This document shows positions 63,635 to 64,000 of a stretch of 64,000 nt of DNA, piece after piece. Position numbers and translations under genes: made by a program. This DNA is from Basidiobolus meristosporus CBS 931.73 (taxonomy: Eukaryota > Fungi > Basidiobolomycota), in the NCBI GenBank assembly GCA_002104905.1, contig MCFE01000469.1, positions 5,756 through 69,755 on the forward strand, given 5' to 3'. Each line of letters begins with the position of its first letter. Position 1 is the first letter of the stretch. A model generated the notes under the pieces. The model saw nothing but the letters and a program-made list of their open reading frames with translations. It was not told the origin of the DNA and did no database searches.

Positions 63635-64000
63635 ATGTCTACTACTGCTATTACTGGAATTTTTCCCTCTGCTGAAAAGTTGGATGGCTCTAACTACCAA
63701 GTGTGGAAGGTGAAGATGAAGATGCTGCTACAAGAAAGAGGCCTTTGGGATATTGTCATGGGAAAAGAATGCCCTCCTAAAAACGTGGGAGAGGAAGCCT
63801 TAAAGTACCAGAAGAAAGAACAAAGTGCCCTTAACTGCATTTGCCTTAATGTCAAGGACAAATTGCTAATTCAATGCTCAAGAGCAAAAACGGCAAAGAA
63901 TGCCTGGAAAGCATTGGAAGACACCTACCAGTCATGTTCAGCTGCCAAGAAAATGTATCTGAGAAGAGAATTCTTTACTACAAAGATGCTGCCAGGAGAA
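63635..64000 (+). CDS. gag: Copia gag N-terminus, open to the window edge (122 codons)
   Basis: MSTTAITGIFPSAEKLDGSNYQVWKVKMKMLLQERGLW..AKNAWKALEDTY; no stop in frame. Confidence 0.88.
   Translation, partial: MSTTAITGIFPSAEKLDGSNYQVWKVKMKMLLQERGLWDIVMGKECPPKNVGEEALKYQKKEQSALNCICLNVKDKLLIQCSRAKTAKNAWKALEDTYQSCSAAKKMYLRREFFTTKMLPGE

Larger units (their letters stand above)
63255..64000 (+). mobile_element. Young Copia C1, 5' end, inserted into the 5' LTR of the minus-strand C1
   Basis: Complete LTR 63255-63603, PBS, and an open gag to the window edge. Confidence 0.92.

Noticed and set aside
1-64000. Classical ascomycete RIP (CpA->TpA)
   Set aside because: CA/TG dinucleotides are abundant and the traceable substitutions map to CpG; a formal count is still needed.

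Overview
This is a eukaryotic, gene-free transposon nest: essentially all 64 kb is assignable to decayed, nested mobile elements. The host is probably fungal, inferred from tRNA primer-binding sites. I see no host gene, RNA gene or CRISPR array. Main components: (i) Ty1/Copia family C1 (349-bp LTR, TGTTGTAA..TTACAACA, half-tRNAiMet PBS), about 7 internal fragments and about 10 LTR pieces, with repeated self-insertion; (ii) a second Copia, C2; (iii) a Ylt1-like non-chromoviral Ty3/Gypsy with a 1071-bp LTR; (iv) a second Ty3/Gypsy, G2 (368-bp LTR, 4-bp TSD); (v) a CMC/EnSpm-like DNA transposon 'X' with CCCTATG termini, a Transposase_21-type gene and a divergent ~690-aa accessory gene, in about 6 pieces; (vi) three copies of a ~3.4-kb PHIS-type (DDE_Tnp_4) DNA transposon with AGACTTGTTCC TIRs, 3-bp AAT/ATT TSDs and a divergent ~410-aa ORF of unknown function. 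Decay is dominated by CpG->TpG/CpA change. Best leads: the PHIS copy at 45231-48633, whose ORF2 half is CpG-rich while its transposase half has no CpG; the two orphan accessory proteins; a 197-bp perfect-identity island between diverged Gypsy copies; and a ~320-bp LTR palindrome. All alignments and counts were done by eye. Boundaries supported by a TSD are exact; the others are approximate. Family labels rest on motifs, not database searches.
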